Origin: Candidatus Sericytochromatia bacterium
Lineage (GTDB): Bacteria > Cyanobacteriota > Sericytochromatia > S15B-MN24 > VGJW01
Length of the DNA stretch: 64,000 bases
Assembly (NCBI GenBank): GCA_035286125.1
Contig: JAYKIS010000082.1
Location: 1,253-65,252, forward strand
Direction: 5' to 3'
Shown here: in pieces, positions 8,696 through 17,900 of the stretch
How the letters are laid out: each line of letters opens with the position of its first letter
Position numbering within the stretch: position 1 is the stretch's first letter
Notes under the pieces: generated by a model
Seen by the model: the letters and a program-made list of their open reading frames with translations, nothing else
The model's database searches: none
Told to the model about the DNA's origin: nothing
Made by a program: the position numbers and the translations under genes

Positions 8696-9867
8696 TGGAT
8701 GTCCATCTGACCGAGGCCCAGCAGCAGGTCCAGGAGGCCGTCAAGGCGTTCTGTGCGCGGCATGTCGACCCCTTCGTGTCCCAGTGGGACAAGGACGAGC
8801 ACTTCCCGCTCGATGTGTTCCGCAAGATGGGCGAGGAGGGGTACCTGGGCATCCCCATTCCCGAAGCCTACGGCGGCGCCGGGGAGAGCTTCGACGTCTA
8901 CATCGCCGCCCTCGAGCAGTTGTCCCGTCACGATGCAGGCTTTGCCTGCGCTTACGCCGTGCACCTTTCGGCGCACGCCCTCAGCATCCTCGAGTTCGGG
9001 TCCGAGGCCCAGAAGCAGCAGTACCTGCCAGGCCTCGCGAATGGCAGCATCCTCGGGGCCTTCGCCCTTACGGAGCCCCACTGCGGATCGGATGCCTCGG
9101 CGCTGCGCTGCAAGGCCGAGAAGGATGGCGACCACTACGTCCTGACCGGCACCAAGCAATGGATCACCAATGCGAAGAGTGCGGGACTGTTCCTGTTGTT
9201 CGCGCGCACCGATGCCGCCTCGACAGGCGCCAAGGGCATCACGGCCTTCCTGATCGAGGCCGGGACCCCGGGCCTCAAGATCGATCGCAAGACGCACAAG
9301 ATGGGCATGCGGTCGTCCGAGACCTACGATCTGGTCCTGGACGGGTGCCGCGTGCACGAGTCGCAGGTTCTGGGTGTCGTGGGCGAGGGCTTCAAGATTG
9401 CCATGAAGACCCTGGACGGCGGCCGCATCGGCATCGCCGCGCAGGCCCTCGGCATTGCGCAAGCCTGCCTCGACGAGGCGCGTACCTTTGCCAACCAGCG
9501 CGAGGCCTTTGGCCAGCCCATCGCTCGATTCCAGGCGATTCAGTGGAAGATTGCCGATATGGCGAAGAACATCTGGGCCTCGCGTGCGCTGACTTACCAG
9601 GCGGCCTCCTTGAAGGCGGCCGGCAAGCCCGTGGCAGACGCCGGCGCCAAGGCCAAGCTCTACGCTAGCCGCACGGCGCGTGAGGCGGCCAACGAGTCGC
9701 TGCAGATCCACGGGGGGTACGGATACACCGACGAGTTCCCCGTCGAACGGCACTACCGCGACGCCAAGGTCACCGAGATCTACGAGGGGACCAGCGAAAT
9801 CCAGAAGATCGTCATCTCGCGCGGGCTCGTCGGCACGCCCAAGGCCAAGGTTCCCGCGCGGGTCTGA
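8695..9867 (+). CDS. Acyl-CoA dehydrogenase (short/branched chain)
   Basis: FALTEPHCGSD, GTKQWITN, QIHGGYGY and IYEGTSEIQ motifs. TGATG coupling. Confidence 0.93.
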   Translation: MDVHLTEAQQQVQEAVKAFCARHVDPFVSQWDKDEHFPLDVFRKMGEEGYLGIPIPEAYGGAGESFDVYIAALEQLSRHDAGFACAYAVHLSAHALSILEFGSEAQKQQYLPGLANGSILGAFALTEPHCGSDASALRCKAEKDGDHYVLTGTKQWITNAKSAGLFLLFARTDAASTGAKGITAFLIEAGTPGLKIDRKTHKMGMRSSETYDLVLDGCRVHESQVLGVVGEGFKIAMKTLDGGRIGIAAQALGIAQACLDEARTFANQREAFGQPIARFQAIQWKIADMAKNIWASRALTYQAASLKAAGKPVADAGAKAKLYASRTAREAANESLQIHGGYGYTDEFPVERHYRDAKVTEIYEGTSEIQKIVISRGLVGTPKAKVPARV

Positions 9868-9897
9868 TGTTCTGGCCGGGCCGAGGCCCTTGCGGCG

Positions 9898-12800
9898 TCA
9901 ACCCGTGAGCAGCCTCGCCCGGTCGCGCAAACGCTCGAGGTCCATCGCCGCCATCGCGCGAGCGGAATCCATCAGGATCCGCTGCCGTGTCTGGATCACC
10001 GCCTCGCTTGCCACGTCCGCGTCAACGAGGTCGGATTGGGATCTTTGGGCCATGGTCCCCTGGATGCCCAAGGCCGCTGTCTGGTGCCCGACGCGATTCA
10101 TATAGGCGCCAAGGCGGTTCAGGCGTCGGGTCAAGGCCTCGATGGCCCCGTCACAGACGCCGATGGCCTCGGAAGCTTCTGTGGCGTCCATCAGGCAGAT
10201 GGCCCCGAGTCCGAGTGTCTCGACGGTGACTGCCTCCAGTTGCCACGTCTGGGTGTCGACGGCACGGGCCCCGCCCAGCAGGTCCACCCGCAGCGCACCG
10301 GTGGTGCTGGGATCCAGTCGGTCGTACGTGATGCGAACGTTGTTGCCGTCCCCGGACAGGGCGTGGGCGCCCACCAACTCGATCTTGTATTCGCTGTAGA
10401 GCTGGACCCCTTTGTAAATGGTGCCGGGTACCGGAGGATGCAGGTACCAGCCGTCCCCGGCCAGGCTGCTGCTTCGTGGCACGGCAATGCTGTTGGCTGT
10501 CACGGTGATCGTGTCCTCGTCTACCAGCAGGCCGGTCGGAGAGACAGGAAAGCCCGTTTCGCAGCCGTCCGGGCTGCCTTGGGGGATCGTCAGCAGGAAG
10601 GTGTTGTCACCGGCGACGGCGTAGCTGATGCGGAACGTGGTGGAGCCGACGGATGCGTCCTTCTTCGGGTCAAGGACCTCCAGACGCGTATGGCCCGCGA
10701 GGGTTCGGAATCCGGTGCCGGAACCGCTCGTGTCTTCGGAGAGCGCTACCCCGTCCATGGTGACCTCGACCGAACTGCGGTTGCCATAGTCGAGCGCCTG
10801 AGCCGGGATGGTCAGGCTGGTGGGTGTCCAGTCGTCATTGGCCGTATCGTCGACCCACGCACGGATACTTGTGCCCGCGCCGGACATGGCGTTGGGCAGG
10901 ATAGATGGTGAGCTGATGTCGATGCGGCGTGTGTCCAAGGTGTCGAGGCTCCACCCGCTCGTCCGGGTGATGCCGTTCGTGATGACCTTGACTGCATCCG
11001 GGTCGGCTGCCCCAGCTCCGTTTGCGAGTCCTGCTCCGTCCGGCGAGGCGAGGCCCCAGTAGTCCGGTCGAACCCCCAGTTGCACCTCCAGTATGCCGTC
11101 GGTGTCCTGCGCCATCCCTGTGTCCGCGTAGTAGCGAACCCCCAGGGATTGCGAGAGTGTGCCCTGGGAGGTGCCAAGGAAGGTCAGTGTCCGGCCCGCA
11201 GCGTCGTAGATCAGGTCATTCAGGCCGCCGGCCGCGGCCGACACGGGGCGGACGGCGTTGCCGTTTCTCAGGCCGGCGATGGCTTGGGAGGCTGTCGCAT
11301 CATCCAGGCCGTAGGTCTCGGGAGTCTCGGCGAAGACCAGATCCACGGCTCCGTCGCCATCATCGTTCCGAGGGGTCATGTTGCCGCCGGCCGCCACGTT
11401 GTAGTCCGTGCGGTAGTCGACGCGGATACCTTGGGAGCCACTCGGGCGGGCGTTGCCGTGGATGCGGATGCTGTTGTTGTCGAAGAAGCTCCAGCCGTTG
11501 GTGCCAGTCGGGTCATAGGCGACCGTCTGGCCACCGGTGCTGACGATGACGGAGGCGTTGGTGGTGCTGCGCGCCGTGCTGTCCGAGATACCGCCGGGTA
11601 CGGAGCCCAGTTGGTACTGGACCGGTGCATAGGCCAGGTCCACTTGGACATAGGGCACGCCTGTGCCGGCATCCGTACCATTTCCCCCGGACGCTCCCGA
11701 GAAGGACAGCGTGTCATTGCTGTCCAACAGGCCGCTGCCGTGGAAAGTGATGGTCTTTGCCACGTAGTCGATGCTGTAGCCGTTCGTACCCGTGGCGTCA
11801 TACGGTATGTTCCGGGCGACACCTGTCCGGGTCGACGTGACGCCGACACTGACTGAGGGGCTGCCGTCCGCCAACTGGTACAGGTTGAAGCCCGACAGGC
11901 TGTAGGTCTGGGGGATGCCAGCGGTGTCGCCATCGGCATTGATTCGATTACCCGGACCAACGGACGGTGGAGAACCGGTAGAAAAGCTGTGCACCTGGAT
12001 GGTGGCGGCGGAGGTGGTGGTGTCCTGTACCAGCGCGATCCTGTCGCCCGTGGGCGAGAAGGTGAATTGTGCGTTGCCCGACGAGAAGGCCAGGACACGC
12101 GTCCATGCATCCGTGCCCTTTCGCGCGTAGAGGCCTCCATAAGTTCCGGTGGTGCCGTTGCTTCGATTGGACAACTGCCAGAGTTCCCCGCCAATCGTGA
12201 CGGTTGTCCGGGAGACGGCATCGAAGCTCGCACCGCCCGGCGGAGCCTGACCTGTCGAGCCTGCCGGATCGTAATACACCGTCTGGGTGCTGCCGTTGTC
12301 CAGGATGCGGGTGGCTCGGATCGTGTTGCCGTCGGAGGACCATCGCGGTGTGATGTGCTTGATGTCGACGGGGTCCGAGACCGTGAAGGTCTCGGGGCGA
12401 TAGGCCTCGGTATCGGCGACCCCGAGGCCGGTCGTGAATGGCGCGATTGTCCTGGAGTAGGCTTGTCCCCTCGGGCCGTAGTTGTCGGCGGTCGGGATAC
12501 CGGATGTCTCTCCCGAGTCGTCTCCGAGCAGGACCTTGCGGGTGTTGTATTCGGTGCTGGTGGCCGTCCCCTGGATGGCCTGCAGGGCCTGGCGCACCTG
12601 TTCCATCATCATCGACCGCTGATCGTCGGTCCAGATACCCTGCGCTGCGCTGACAGCGAGTGTGCGCAGGCGATGAACCTGCTCAAGGACCTGCCGGGTT
12701 CCCCCTTCCGCTGTCGCGGCCAGGTTCCAGGCATCCTGCAGGTTCTGAATGGCCCGATGGGTCCCGCGGATATGGGACTCGAAACGTGCGTTCCGGGCCA

Positions 12801-12924
12801 TGGCGCCCGTATGCGCGGCGGCGCGCAGATCACCCGGCTTCTCGCCGACACGCCGGAGGCTCTCGGCCCACGCCGCCTCCATGCGGCCGTAGACCGAGCG
12901 CAGCCCGCTCGAGCGGATCTCCAT
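9898..12924 (-). CDS. Giant flagellin-like protein (1008 aa) with a ~790-aa beta-rich central insert
   Basis: Flagellin_N-like (NLQDA..TAEG..HRLRTLAV..TEYNTRKVL) and Flagellin_C-like (LGAYMNR..DADVASE..RQRIL) termini. Confidence 0.88.
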   Translation of the reverse strand: MEIRSSGLRSVYGRMEAAWAESLRRVGEKPGDLRAAAHTGAMARNARFESHIRGTHRAIQNLQDAWNLAATAEGGTRQVLEQVHRLRTLAVSAAQGIWTDDQRSMMMEQVRQALQAIQGTATSTEYNTRKVLLGDDSGETSGIPTADNYGPRGQAYSRTIAPFTTGLGVADTEAYRPETFTVSDPVDIKHITPRWSSDGNTIRATRILDNGSTQTVYYDPAGSTGQAPPGGASFDAVSRTTVTIGGELWQLSNRSNGTTGTYGGLYARKGTDAWTRVLAFSSGNAQFTFSPTGDRIALVQDTTTSAATIQVHSFSTGSPPSVGPGNRINADGDTAGIPQTYSLSGFNLYQLADGSPSVSVGVTSTRTGVARNIPYDATGTNGYSIDYVAKTITFHGSGLLDSNDTLSFSGASGGNGTDAGTGVPYVQVDLAYAPVQYQLGSVPGGISDSTARSTTNASVIVSTGGQTVAYDPTGTNGWSFFDNNSIRIHGNARPSGSQGIRVDYRTDYNVAAGGNMTPRNDDGDGAVDLVFAETPETYGLDDATASQAIAGLRNGNAVRPVSAAAGGLNDLIYDAAGRTLTFLGTSQGTLSQSLGVRYYADTGMAQDTDGILEVQLGVRPDYWGLASPDGAGLANGAGAADPDAVKVITNGITRTSGWSLDTLDTRRIDISSPSILPNAMSGAGTSIRAWVDDTANDDWTPTSLTIPAQALDYGNRSSVEVTMDGVALSEDTSGSGTGFRTLAGHTRLEVLDPKKDASVGSTTFRISYAVAGDNTFLLTIPQGSPDGCETGFPVSPTGLLVDEDTITVTANSIAVPRSSSLAGDGWYLHPPVPGTIYKGVQLYSEYKIELVGAHALSGDGNNVRITYDRLDPSTTGALRVDLLGGARAVDTQTWQLEAVTVETLGLGAICLMDATEASEAIGVCDGAIEALTRRLNRLGAYMNRVGHQTAALGIQGTMAQRSQSDLVDADVASEAVIQTRQRILMDSARAMAAMDLERLRDRARLLTG

Positions 12925-12938
12925 CCTTGTTGATCCTG
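12922..12938 (-). promoter_or_regulatory. Putative CsrA binding sites in the flagellin leader
   Basis: The leader reads CAGGAUCAACAAGGAUG. ACAAGGAUG overlaps the start codon and matches the CsrA core ACARGGAUG. Confidence 0.5.
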
Positions 12939-12951
12939 AATTCCCACCTCA

Positions 12952-12978
12952 TTATCGACGATGTTGATATGGGGTTTA
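12952..12978 (-). promoter_or_regulatory. sigma28 (FliA/SigD) promoter TAAA-N15-GTCGATAA
   Basis: Minus strand: TAAA at 12978-12975, exactly 15 nt, then GTCGATAA at 12959-12952 (7/8 match to GCCGATAA). Lies 27 nt upstream of the flagellin ATG. Confidence 0.85.
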
Positions 12979-13123
12979 GGTATTACGTCCAGATGTTGAT
13001 CTCGAGGCCCGCTGGAGGTCAGTCGTGCTTGGGCCGAACCCCGGTCGATGGCGGCCGGAATGATGGCAAGGGCCCTGCCTTCGTGGTAGGACCATGGGAT
13101 ACCGTCATCACCCGGAGCTACCC

Positions 13124-14770
13124 TTGACCACGTCCTCCCCGACCCTCGCCGCCGAGGTCGCCCGTCGCAAGACCTTTGCGATTATTTCTCACCCGGACGC
13201 CGGCAAGACGACACTTACGGAAAAGCTGCTCCTGTACGGGGGCGTCATCCAGTTGGCCGGGGCCGTCAAGGCCAAGCGGGGCCGCGCTTCGGCCGTCAGC
13301 GACTGGATGGAGATGGAGCGGGAGCGCGGCATTTCCATCACGACGTCGGTCCTGCAGTTCCCCTATCGGGGGCTGCAGATGAACCTGCTCGACACGCCTG
13401 GCCACGCCGACTTCTCCGAGGACACCTACCGTACGCTCCATGCGGCTGACGGCGCGGTCATGCTGCTCGACGCCGCCAAGGGCGTCGAGGCCCAGACCAA
13501 GAAGCTTTTCCATGTCTGCCGGCAGCGTCGGATGCCGACCTTCACATTCGTCAACAAGATGGACCGGCCCGGCCGTGATCCGTTCGATCTCATCGGAGAG
13601 GTCGAGAGCCTTCTCGGTATCGGTGTTTTCCCCGTTACTTGGCCGGTCTTTCGGCACGGCATCTTCCGGGGCGTCGTCCATCGCCTGAACCGTCAGGTTC
13701 ATCTCTTCTCGGAGACCCATGCCGGATCGAGTGCGGCCGTCGGGTCCGAGGTGCCACCCGTGGCCCTGGCCGGCTTCGATGACCCGCTGCTGACCCGGGA
13801 GCTGGGCGAGGAAGGTCACCAGAGGCTGCTCGAAGAGCTCGAGATCCTGGACATGGCGGGCGACGGTTTCGACCTTGCGCGCTTCGCCGTCGGGGATGTG
13901 TCGCCGATGTTCTTCGGCAGCGCGATCAACAACTTCGGGCTCGAGGCGTTCCTCGAGAGTTTCTGCGAACTCATGCCTCCTCCCGCACCTCGCGTTTCGA
14001 GCTCGGGACCCATCGCGGCCGATGACGAACATTTCAGTGCCTTTGTGTTCAAGATTCAGGCCAACATGGACAAGACGCACCGCAATCGCGTGGCATTCAT
14101 CCGCATCTGCTCCGGGCGGTTCGAGCGCGGCATGAAGACCGTGCATGTCCGCACGGGACGCGAGATGCGGCTTTCCAACCCGACGCAGTTCATGGCCCAG
14201 GAACGCAGCCTGGTCGAGGAAGCCTTCGCAGGCGACGTCCTCGGCATCCACGACCCCGGCGTCTTCGAGATTGGCGATACCCTGACGGACGGGATGCTGC
14301 TGACATTCGACGAGATCCCGAGCTTTGCCCCCGAGCTGTTCAGCCGTCTGGAAATGGTCGATCCGCTCAAGCGCAAGCAGCTTTCGAAGGGCATCGAGCA
14401 GTTGGCCCAGGAAGGGACCATCCAGCTCTACCGTCCCCCGTCCGGGCGAGGCGGCGACATCGTCCTCGGGGCGGTGGGCCAACTGCAGTTGGAGGTCGTC
14501 AGGTACCGCCTCAAGAGCGAGTACGACGTCGAGGTTCGCCTGTTGCCCGTGAACTGCTCGTTTGCGCGCTGGGTTGTCCGCAAGGATGGTGGCGACGTGG
14601 ACCCTGACCGACTTGCGCAGGCCCGAATCGCGACCGTGGTGGTCGATGTCCGCGACAGGCCAGTCTTCCTGTTCCAGGGGGAATGGCAACTCAATATGGC
14701 CATGCGTGACCTGCCGGACTACGAGTACCGGGAGACGGCGCGGGGCGTCGTGGTCCGTTCGCGGGGCTGA
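13124..14770 (+). CDS. prfC: Peptide chain release factor 3
   Basis: RRKTFAIISHPDAGKTTLTEKLL, DTPGHADFSEDTYR, NKMD and FVFKIQANMD motifs. TTG start after GGAG. Confidence 0.96.
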   Translation: MTTSSPTLAAEVARRKTFAIISHPDAGKTTLTEKLLLYGGVIQLAGAVKAKRGRASAVSDWMEMERERGISITTSVLQFPYRGLQMNLLDTPGHADFSEDTYRTLHAADGAVMLLDAAKGVEAQTKKLFHVCRQRRMPTFTFVNKMDRPGRDPFDLIGEVESLLGIGVFPVTWPVFRHGIFRGVVHRLNRQVHLFSETHAGSSAAVGSEVPPVALAGFDDPLLTRELGEEGHQRLLEELEILDMAGDGFDLARFAVGDVSPMFFGSAINNFGLEAFLESFCELMPPPAPRVSSSGPIAADDEHFSAFVFKIQANMDKTHRNRVAFIRICSGRFERGMKTVHVRTGREMRLSNPTQFMAQERSLVEEAFAGDVLGIHDPGVFEIGDTLTDGMLLTFDEIPSFAPELFSRLEMVDPLKRKQLSKGIEQLAQEGTIQLYRPPSGRGGDIVLGAVGQLQLEVVRYRLKSEYDVEVRLLPVNCSFARWVVRKDGGDVDPDRLAQARIATVVVDVRDRPVFLFQGEWQLNMAMRDLPDYEYRETARGVVVRSRG

Positions 14771-14782
14771 CGCCGCGCACGG

Positions 14783-15256
14783 TCAGTCAGCCGGGTGTGC
14801 ACCCGGATGCATGGTCCTCGCGCGAAATGAGCCGATAGGCCACGGGGTGCCCGAGTCTGCGTCGCAGGGCACGACGTGGAGCACGTCGTCCGTCACCCAG
14901 TAGATCGCGTGCTGGAGGTAGCGCCTGCCCATCTCCCGGCCCTCTTCGAGCGACATCGGGACCAGCCACGAGGGCTCCGCATGGCTGCCGTCGGGGGCGC
15001 GCCCGACAATCGGGCGATGTTCCAGCCCTCGTATCCGGAGCTCGCGGTCCATCCTGGCCATGGCGCGCCTGTTCCGCGCCCCTGACCAATGCTGTCCGGT
15101 CGTGGCCCACGCCGTCACGATGACGAAGGATGCAGGCCACGGGGGCAAGGCTCCAGGCCCGTCGAAGACCGTGGCCCCGTAGGCTTCCGGGAAGGGTGCA
15201 GGTGTCCCGGAAGGGGCCGATGCCGGATTACCGCCGGAGCTGGACGGGTTCCGCAA
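14783..15256 (-). CDS. DUF3293 domain protein (start uncertain)
   Basis: FVIVTAW..N....EPSW....GRRYLQHAIYW pattern. TTG 15256 chosen as start. Confidence 0.65.
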   Translation of the reverse strand: MRNPSSSGGNPASAPSGTPAPFPEAYGATVFDGPGALPPWPASFVIVTAWATTGQHWSGARNRRAMARMDRELRIRGLEHRPIVGRAPDGSHAEPSWLVPMSLEEGREMGRRYLQHAIYWVTDDVLHVVPCDADSGTPWPIGSFRARTMHPGAHPAD

Positions 15257-16013
15257 GGTCCAGCACCGTTCCTGCCGTGACGCGGAAAGGCTCCGCCAGT
15301 TTGCCCTGCCCGAGCAGGCGGTGGCTGGCGACCACGCGGAATCGGCCTGCGGGCAGGTTGTCAATACGGAAGGCTCCCGAGGCGTCCGTCGCCGTCAGGT
15401 ATTCGGAGCCGGGAATCCAGACGGTGACGCCGGACGTGGCCTCGCCAGACGCCGTCAGGATGTTGCCCGCAACGCTGGCGGTAGCACCCAGCGTCAGCGA
15501 GGTCGTGGCGACCTGTCCTGCGGTGGCCAGGGGGATCTCGAGTTTCCACGCCTTGGTACCTTCGTCCCGGACAGCCTCGACGTTGTAGGACCCGGTGGCC
15601 GGCATCGAGAACGCGAAACGGCCGTTAGCATCCGTCAACGTGCGCCACGCCGTCTGCAGCATCTGGGTGCGGCGGGCGACCTGGGCTCCGGACCAGCTCT
15701 CCCCGAAGGTCGCCGCCAGAGCCGACGTGTTGTTCAGGGCGGAGGTGTTGTTGAGCGCCGAGGTATTGTTCAATGCCGACGTATTGTTCAGCGGCGACGA
15801 GCCATCGAGCATGACCGTCACGGGCAAGCTGGCGGCCGGGCGACCGTCCGGCCCCATCAGGCTGCCCTCGAGCTTCACCGGGGCGGTCGCCACTACGGCG
15901 CCGGTAGCCACGGCACCCGAAGGAGTCTGGGCCGGACACCCGCCAAGGCAGGCAAGCAGGACAACCAAGGTACCAGTACGCCACGGGGTGCGGAGGTTGA
16001 AAGCGTGGCTCAT
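15228..16013 (-). CDS. Lipoprotein with carboxypeptidase-regulatory-like (beta-sandwich) domains and LNNTSA repeats
   Basis: LLACLGG-C lipobox. TDANGRFAF and TDASGAFRIDNLPAG motifs. Confidence 0.78.
   Translation of the reverse strand: MSHAFNLRTPWRTGTLVVLLACLGGCPAQTPSGAVATGAVVATAPVKLEGSLMGPDGRPAASLPVTVMLDGSSPLNNTSALNNTSALNNTSALNNTSALAATFGESWSGAQVARRTQMLQTAWRTLTDANGRFAFSMPATGSYNVEAVRDEGTKAWKLEIPLATAGQVATTSLTLGATASVAGNILTASGEATSGVTVWIPGSEYLTATDASGAFRIDNLPAGRFRVVASHRLLGQGKLAEPFRVTAGTVLDLAEPVQLRR
15717..15791 (-). repeat. Four 18-bp coding tandem repeats (LNNTSA)4
   Basis: Identical peptide units encoded with different synonymous codons (ctg/ttg/ctc, aat/aac, acg/acc, tcg/tcc). Confidence 0.9.
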
Positions 16014-16105
16014 GGGCCCATCCTATCAGTTCAACCGGGACAAGGTCTGGCTGGGGCCTCGTCCAGCGCGCGACCGGGTCCGGCACGCTCGGAGGGCTGC
16101 CCCGT

Positions 16106-16777
16106 TCAGTCGCCGCCCGCAGCCCCATCCACGATCAAGGGTTGTCCTTGAGGTATCGCGAGCAAGGCCACGTTGAGCACCGGGTCCTGGGCCCAGGCAC
16201 CATTCCTGAATTGGCTGCGGACCATCACTCCCATGTCGAGGCGCGTCGATTCGCCCAGCCGGCGCGCCACGCCGGCCTGGCTGCGGATCTGGGCAAGGCC
16301 CAGGTCGTTGGCGGCAAATCCGGCAGGATTCGCATCGAAAAGGCCCTCGATCCAGGCGAAGGGCATCCAGGCCGCGCCGTCGGGTGCCCACATCATCCGG
16401 AAGAGGTTTCGGTAGCGCAGGCTTTGCTGGCCTGCTGCGACGCGGAAGCGCCATTCGACCCGATGCCGGTCCAGCCAGACGATGTCTCCCCACCTGCCCA
16501 GCTGGTTGGGCTCCACCTCGATGCGGTATTCCTGATCCCACGACGCAGGGCTTGCCTGGGTCGCGATCGCGGCAACCTGCGTCGCCACCAGCCACTCCGG
16601 CGAAACCGTCCACAGGGCGCCCGTGCGCAGGAACTGCCCCCCCAGCCCTCCGTAGCGGCTGCCCAGGCGCAGGTCGGTCGACAGGCGCCACTGCAGGGGC
16701 TTGTCCGTGAGCGGGGCAGCCTGCATCACAGGCAGGCGTACTTCCTGCCAGAACCAAGCCTCAGGTTCAGCGAACAT
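16106..16777 (-). CDS. DUF2490-like outer-membrane beta-barrel protein
   Basis: Alternating beta-strand pattern, EYRIE..DRHRVEWRF..RYRNLFR motifs. ATG 16777 after GAAAGG. No clear signal peptide. Confidence 0.6.
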   Translation of the reverse strand: MFAEPEAWFWQEVRLPVMQAAPLTDKPLQWRLSTDLRLGSRYGGLGGQFLRTGALWTVSPEWLVATQVAAIATQASPASWDQEYRIEVEPNQLGRWGDIVWLDRHRVEWRFRVAAGQQSLRYRNLFRMMWAPDGAAWMPFAWIEGLFDANPAGFAANDLGLAQIRSQAGVARRLGESTRLDMGVMVRSQFRNGAWAQDPVLNVALLAIPQGQPLIVDGAAGGD

Positions 16778-16851
16778 GACTTGCCTTTCGCGCACGCCTT
16801 CGTGCGCCCCTGCGCGGAGCGTGGGGTACCATGACAACAGGACCGCACGCC

Positions 16852-17898
16852 ATGATCCAGCCCCTAGCCTCGGCCGTCGACCCCTTCAGCGCCATCGAGC
16901 AGTTGAAGCGCAGCCGGAATGCCATCGTCCTCGCGCATTACTATCAGGATGCCGACATCCAGGATGTCGCCGACTACCTGGGGGACAGTCTGGGCCTATC
17001 CCAGCAGGCTGCTGCGACAGACGCGGATGTCATCGTCTTCTGCGGCGTCCACTTCATGGCCGAGACGGCGAAGATTCTCAATCCGGGCAAGACCGTCCTG
17101 ATGCCGGATCTCGATGCCGGTTGCAGCCTGTCGGACTCCTGCCCTGCGGATCGCTTCGCCGCGTGGCGTCTGGAACATCCCGGGCTTCCCGCCGTCAGCT
17201 ACATCAACTGCTCGGCGCAGGTCAAGGCGTTGTCCGATGTCATCTGCACCTCGTCGAATGCCATCGAGATCGTGTCCCGACTGCCCGGGGACGGTCCCGT
17301 CCTTTTCGCGCCTGACCGGCATCTTGCGGCCCATGTCGCGAAGCACACCGGACGCGAGCTGATTCCTTGGCCCGGGGCCTGCCACGTCCACGAGGTCTTC
17401 TCGGAGCGGAAGCTGGTCGAGCTGAAGGGCCGTTACCCCGAGGCCGTCGTGCTGGCGCACCCCGAGTGCGAAGAGGCGGTCCTGGCGCATGCGGATGTCA
17501 TCGGGTCCACCAGTCGTCTCCTCGAGACGGCGGTGCAGCATCCGGCCTCGACCTTCATCGTCGTCACCGAGGCGGGCATCCTGCACCAGATGCAGAAGCG
17601 TGCCCCGGGCAAGACCTTCGTGCCCGCTCCGCCAAACAACCAGTGCGCCTGCAACGAGTGCCCGTTCATGCGCGTTCAGACGCTGGACAAGGTGCATGCG
17701 GCCCTCGATCGGCTCGAACCGGTCGTCGAGGTCCCGGAAGGGCTCGCTGCACAGGCGCTGCTGGCCATCCGGCGCATGCTCGACCCGACCTTGCCCGTAA
17801 CGGCTCTGGCACCCGACGAGATCCGTCGGCGCATCGAGGCACCGGTGCCGGCCACGATCCTGACGGATCGACGTCCCCGGGACCCGGGGGCCTGCTGA
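16852..17898 (+). CDS. nadA: Quinolinate synthase A
   Basis: [31 protein letters not shown] and CACNECPFM motifs. Confidence 0.96.
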   Translation: MIQPLASAVDPFSAIEQLKRSRNAIVLAHYYQDADIQDVADYLGDSLGLSQQAAATDADVIVFCGVHFMAETAKILNPGKTVLMPDLDAGCSLSDSCPADRFAAWRLEHPGLPAVSYINCSAQVKALSDVICTSSNAIEIVSRLPGDGPVLFAPDRHLAAHVAKHTGRELIPWPGACHVHEVFSERKLVELKGRYPEAVVLAHPECEEAVLAHADVIGSTSRLLETAVQHPASTFIVVTEAGILHQMQKRAPGKTFVPAPPNNQCACNECPFMRVQTLDKVHAALDRLEPVVEVPEGLAAQALLAIRRMLDPTLPVTALAPDEIRRRIEAPVPATILTDRRPRDPGAC

Positions 17899-17900
17899 GC

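Noticed and set aside
12830-12952. Alternative frame MRWEFRINKD upstream of the flagellin, resembling a flagellin FRIN start and suggesting a frameshift
   Set aside because: Its ATG abuts the sigma28 -10 element and so would not be transcribed. The frame closes after about 40 codons, and the called frame already gives a plausible N-terminal helix.
15717-15791. Tandem repeat as a CRISPR array or phase-variable tract
   Set aside because: In-frame 18-bp coding units with no spacers, synonymous divergence and no cas genes.
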